Shown here piece after piece: positions 9,750 through 10,321 of a stretch of DNA of 10,321 nucleotides. Position 1 is the first letter of the stretch. Each line of letters opens with the position of its first letter. The notes below the pieces were generated by a model. That model was given only the letters and a program-made list of their open reading frames with translations, had not been told where the DNA came from and did not search any database. Source of the stretch: Azolla caroliniana (Eukaryota; Plantae; Polypodiophyta); NCBI GenBank assembly GCA_043228905.1, contig JBHGNT010001283.1, forward strand, positions 1 to 10,321, written 5' to 3'. Made by a program: the position numbers and the translations under genes.

Positions 9750-10321
9750 TGGCTCGTGTGATGTCGGATTTTAGTGTTCAAACCTCCGAATCGAAGCTAA
9801 CAACGCTAGCTATGATATGGATTTAGAAAATCAAGATTTTGAAACTCAGGTCGAGAGACATGACGAAATTACCAAATTTGAGGAGTTGGTTGAGAAGAGC
9901 TAGTAGCTAAATTGAAATGTTGATACCTGGCTCGTATGATATCGGATTTTTGTGTTCAAACATGCGAATCGAAGCTAACAACGCTAGCTATGATATGGAA
10001 TTAAAAAATCAAGATTTTGAAACTCAGGTAGAGAGACATGACGAAATTACCAAATTTGAGGAGGGAGTTGAGAAGAGCGCGTGAGTAAATTAAAATGTTC
10101 ATACGTGGCTCGTGTGATATCGGATTTTTGTGTTCAAACATGCGAATCGAAGCTAACAACGCTAGCTATGATATAGAATTAAAAAATCAAGATTTTGAAA
10201 CTCAGGTCGAGAGACATGAAGAAATTACCAAATTTGAGGAGGTGGATGAGAAGAGCTAGTAGCTAAATTAAAATGTTCATACGTGGCTCGTGTGATATCG
10301 GATTTTTGTGTTCAAACAAGC
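9750..10321. repeat. Short higher-order repeat A''-BD-E-F (cut off by the window end)
   Basis: Matches 4608-5179 at offset 5142 and ends in the F-diagnostic AAACAAGC. Confidence 0.85.

Larger units (their letters stand above)
1..10321. repeat. Tandem satellite DNA array, 178-bp monomer (centromeric/heterochromatic-type), filling the whole window and running off both ends
   Basis: TGGCTCGT recurs at 1, 179, 460, 638, 816, 994, 1172, 1350 ... 10106, 10284. Spacing is 178 bp except for defined 179-, 103- and 433-bp variants. Consensus is approximately TGGCTCGTGTGATATCGGATTTTTGTGTTCAAACATGCGAATCGAAGCTAACAACGCTAGCTATGATATGGAATTAAAAAATCAAGATTTTGAAACTCAGGTCGAGAGACATGACGAAATTACCAAATTTGAGGAGGTGGTTGAGAAGAGCTAGTAGCTAAATTAAAATGTTCATACG. 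No unique sequence interrupts it. The centromeric role is inferred from monomer length only. Confidence 0.98.

Noticed and set aside
1-10321. CRISPR array, or integron/msDNA-like repeat-spacer cassette
   Set aside because: There are no unique spacers, the entire 178 bp is repeated, and no cas, integrase or reverse transcriptase gene is present.
1-10321. Large repeat-protein gene, tandem 5S/tRNA/snRNA genes or transposon-derived array
   Set aside because: The period is not a multiple of 3 and the ORF track shows nothing longer than 81 aa. I recognise no 5S, tRNA or Pol III box motifs, and no terminal repeats, target-site duplications or inverted segments.

Overview
The whole 10,321-bp window is one head-to-tail tandem satellite array. 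Its ~178-bp monomer is AT-rich (1-178 counted by hand: A64 T48 G42 C24, ~37% GC), and every copy is in the same orientation. I see no gene, RNA gene, transposon or CRISPR array; the four supplied ORFs are chance read-throughs of the repeat. The monomer length suggests a eukaryotic centromeric or heterochromatic satellite, but I cannot assign an organism or named family from sequence alone. The array is not random. Starting each monomer at TGGCTCGT and typing it by diagnostic bases gives the order X Y Z A B C D E FH AD E F* A BD X F* A' B C D E F* A'' BD E F* A'' BD H A B C D E F* A BD X Y Z AH A' B C D E F* A'' BD E F(partial). This shows two interleaved higher-order repeats (1323 bp and 967 bp), a recurrent 433-bp rearranged monomer (F*), a 103-bp truncated monomer (Z), several chimeric monomers and a kb-scale duplication with a mappable 2646-bp deletion. 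The interest lies in how the satellite is evolving; I found no evidence of a new protein-coding system. All comparisons were made by eye.
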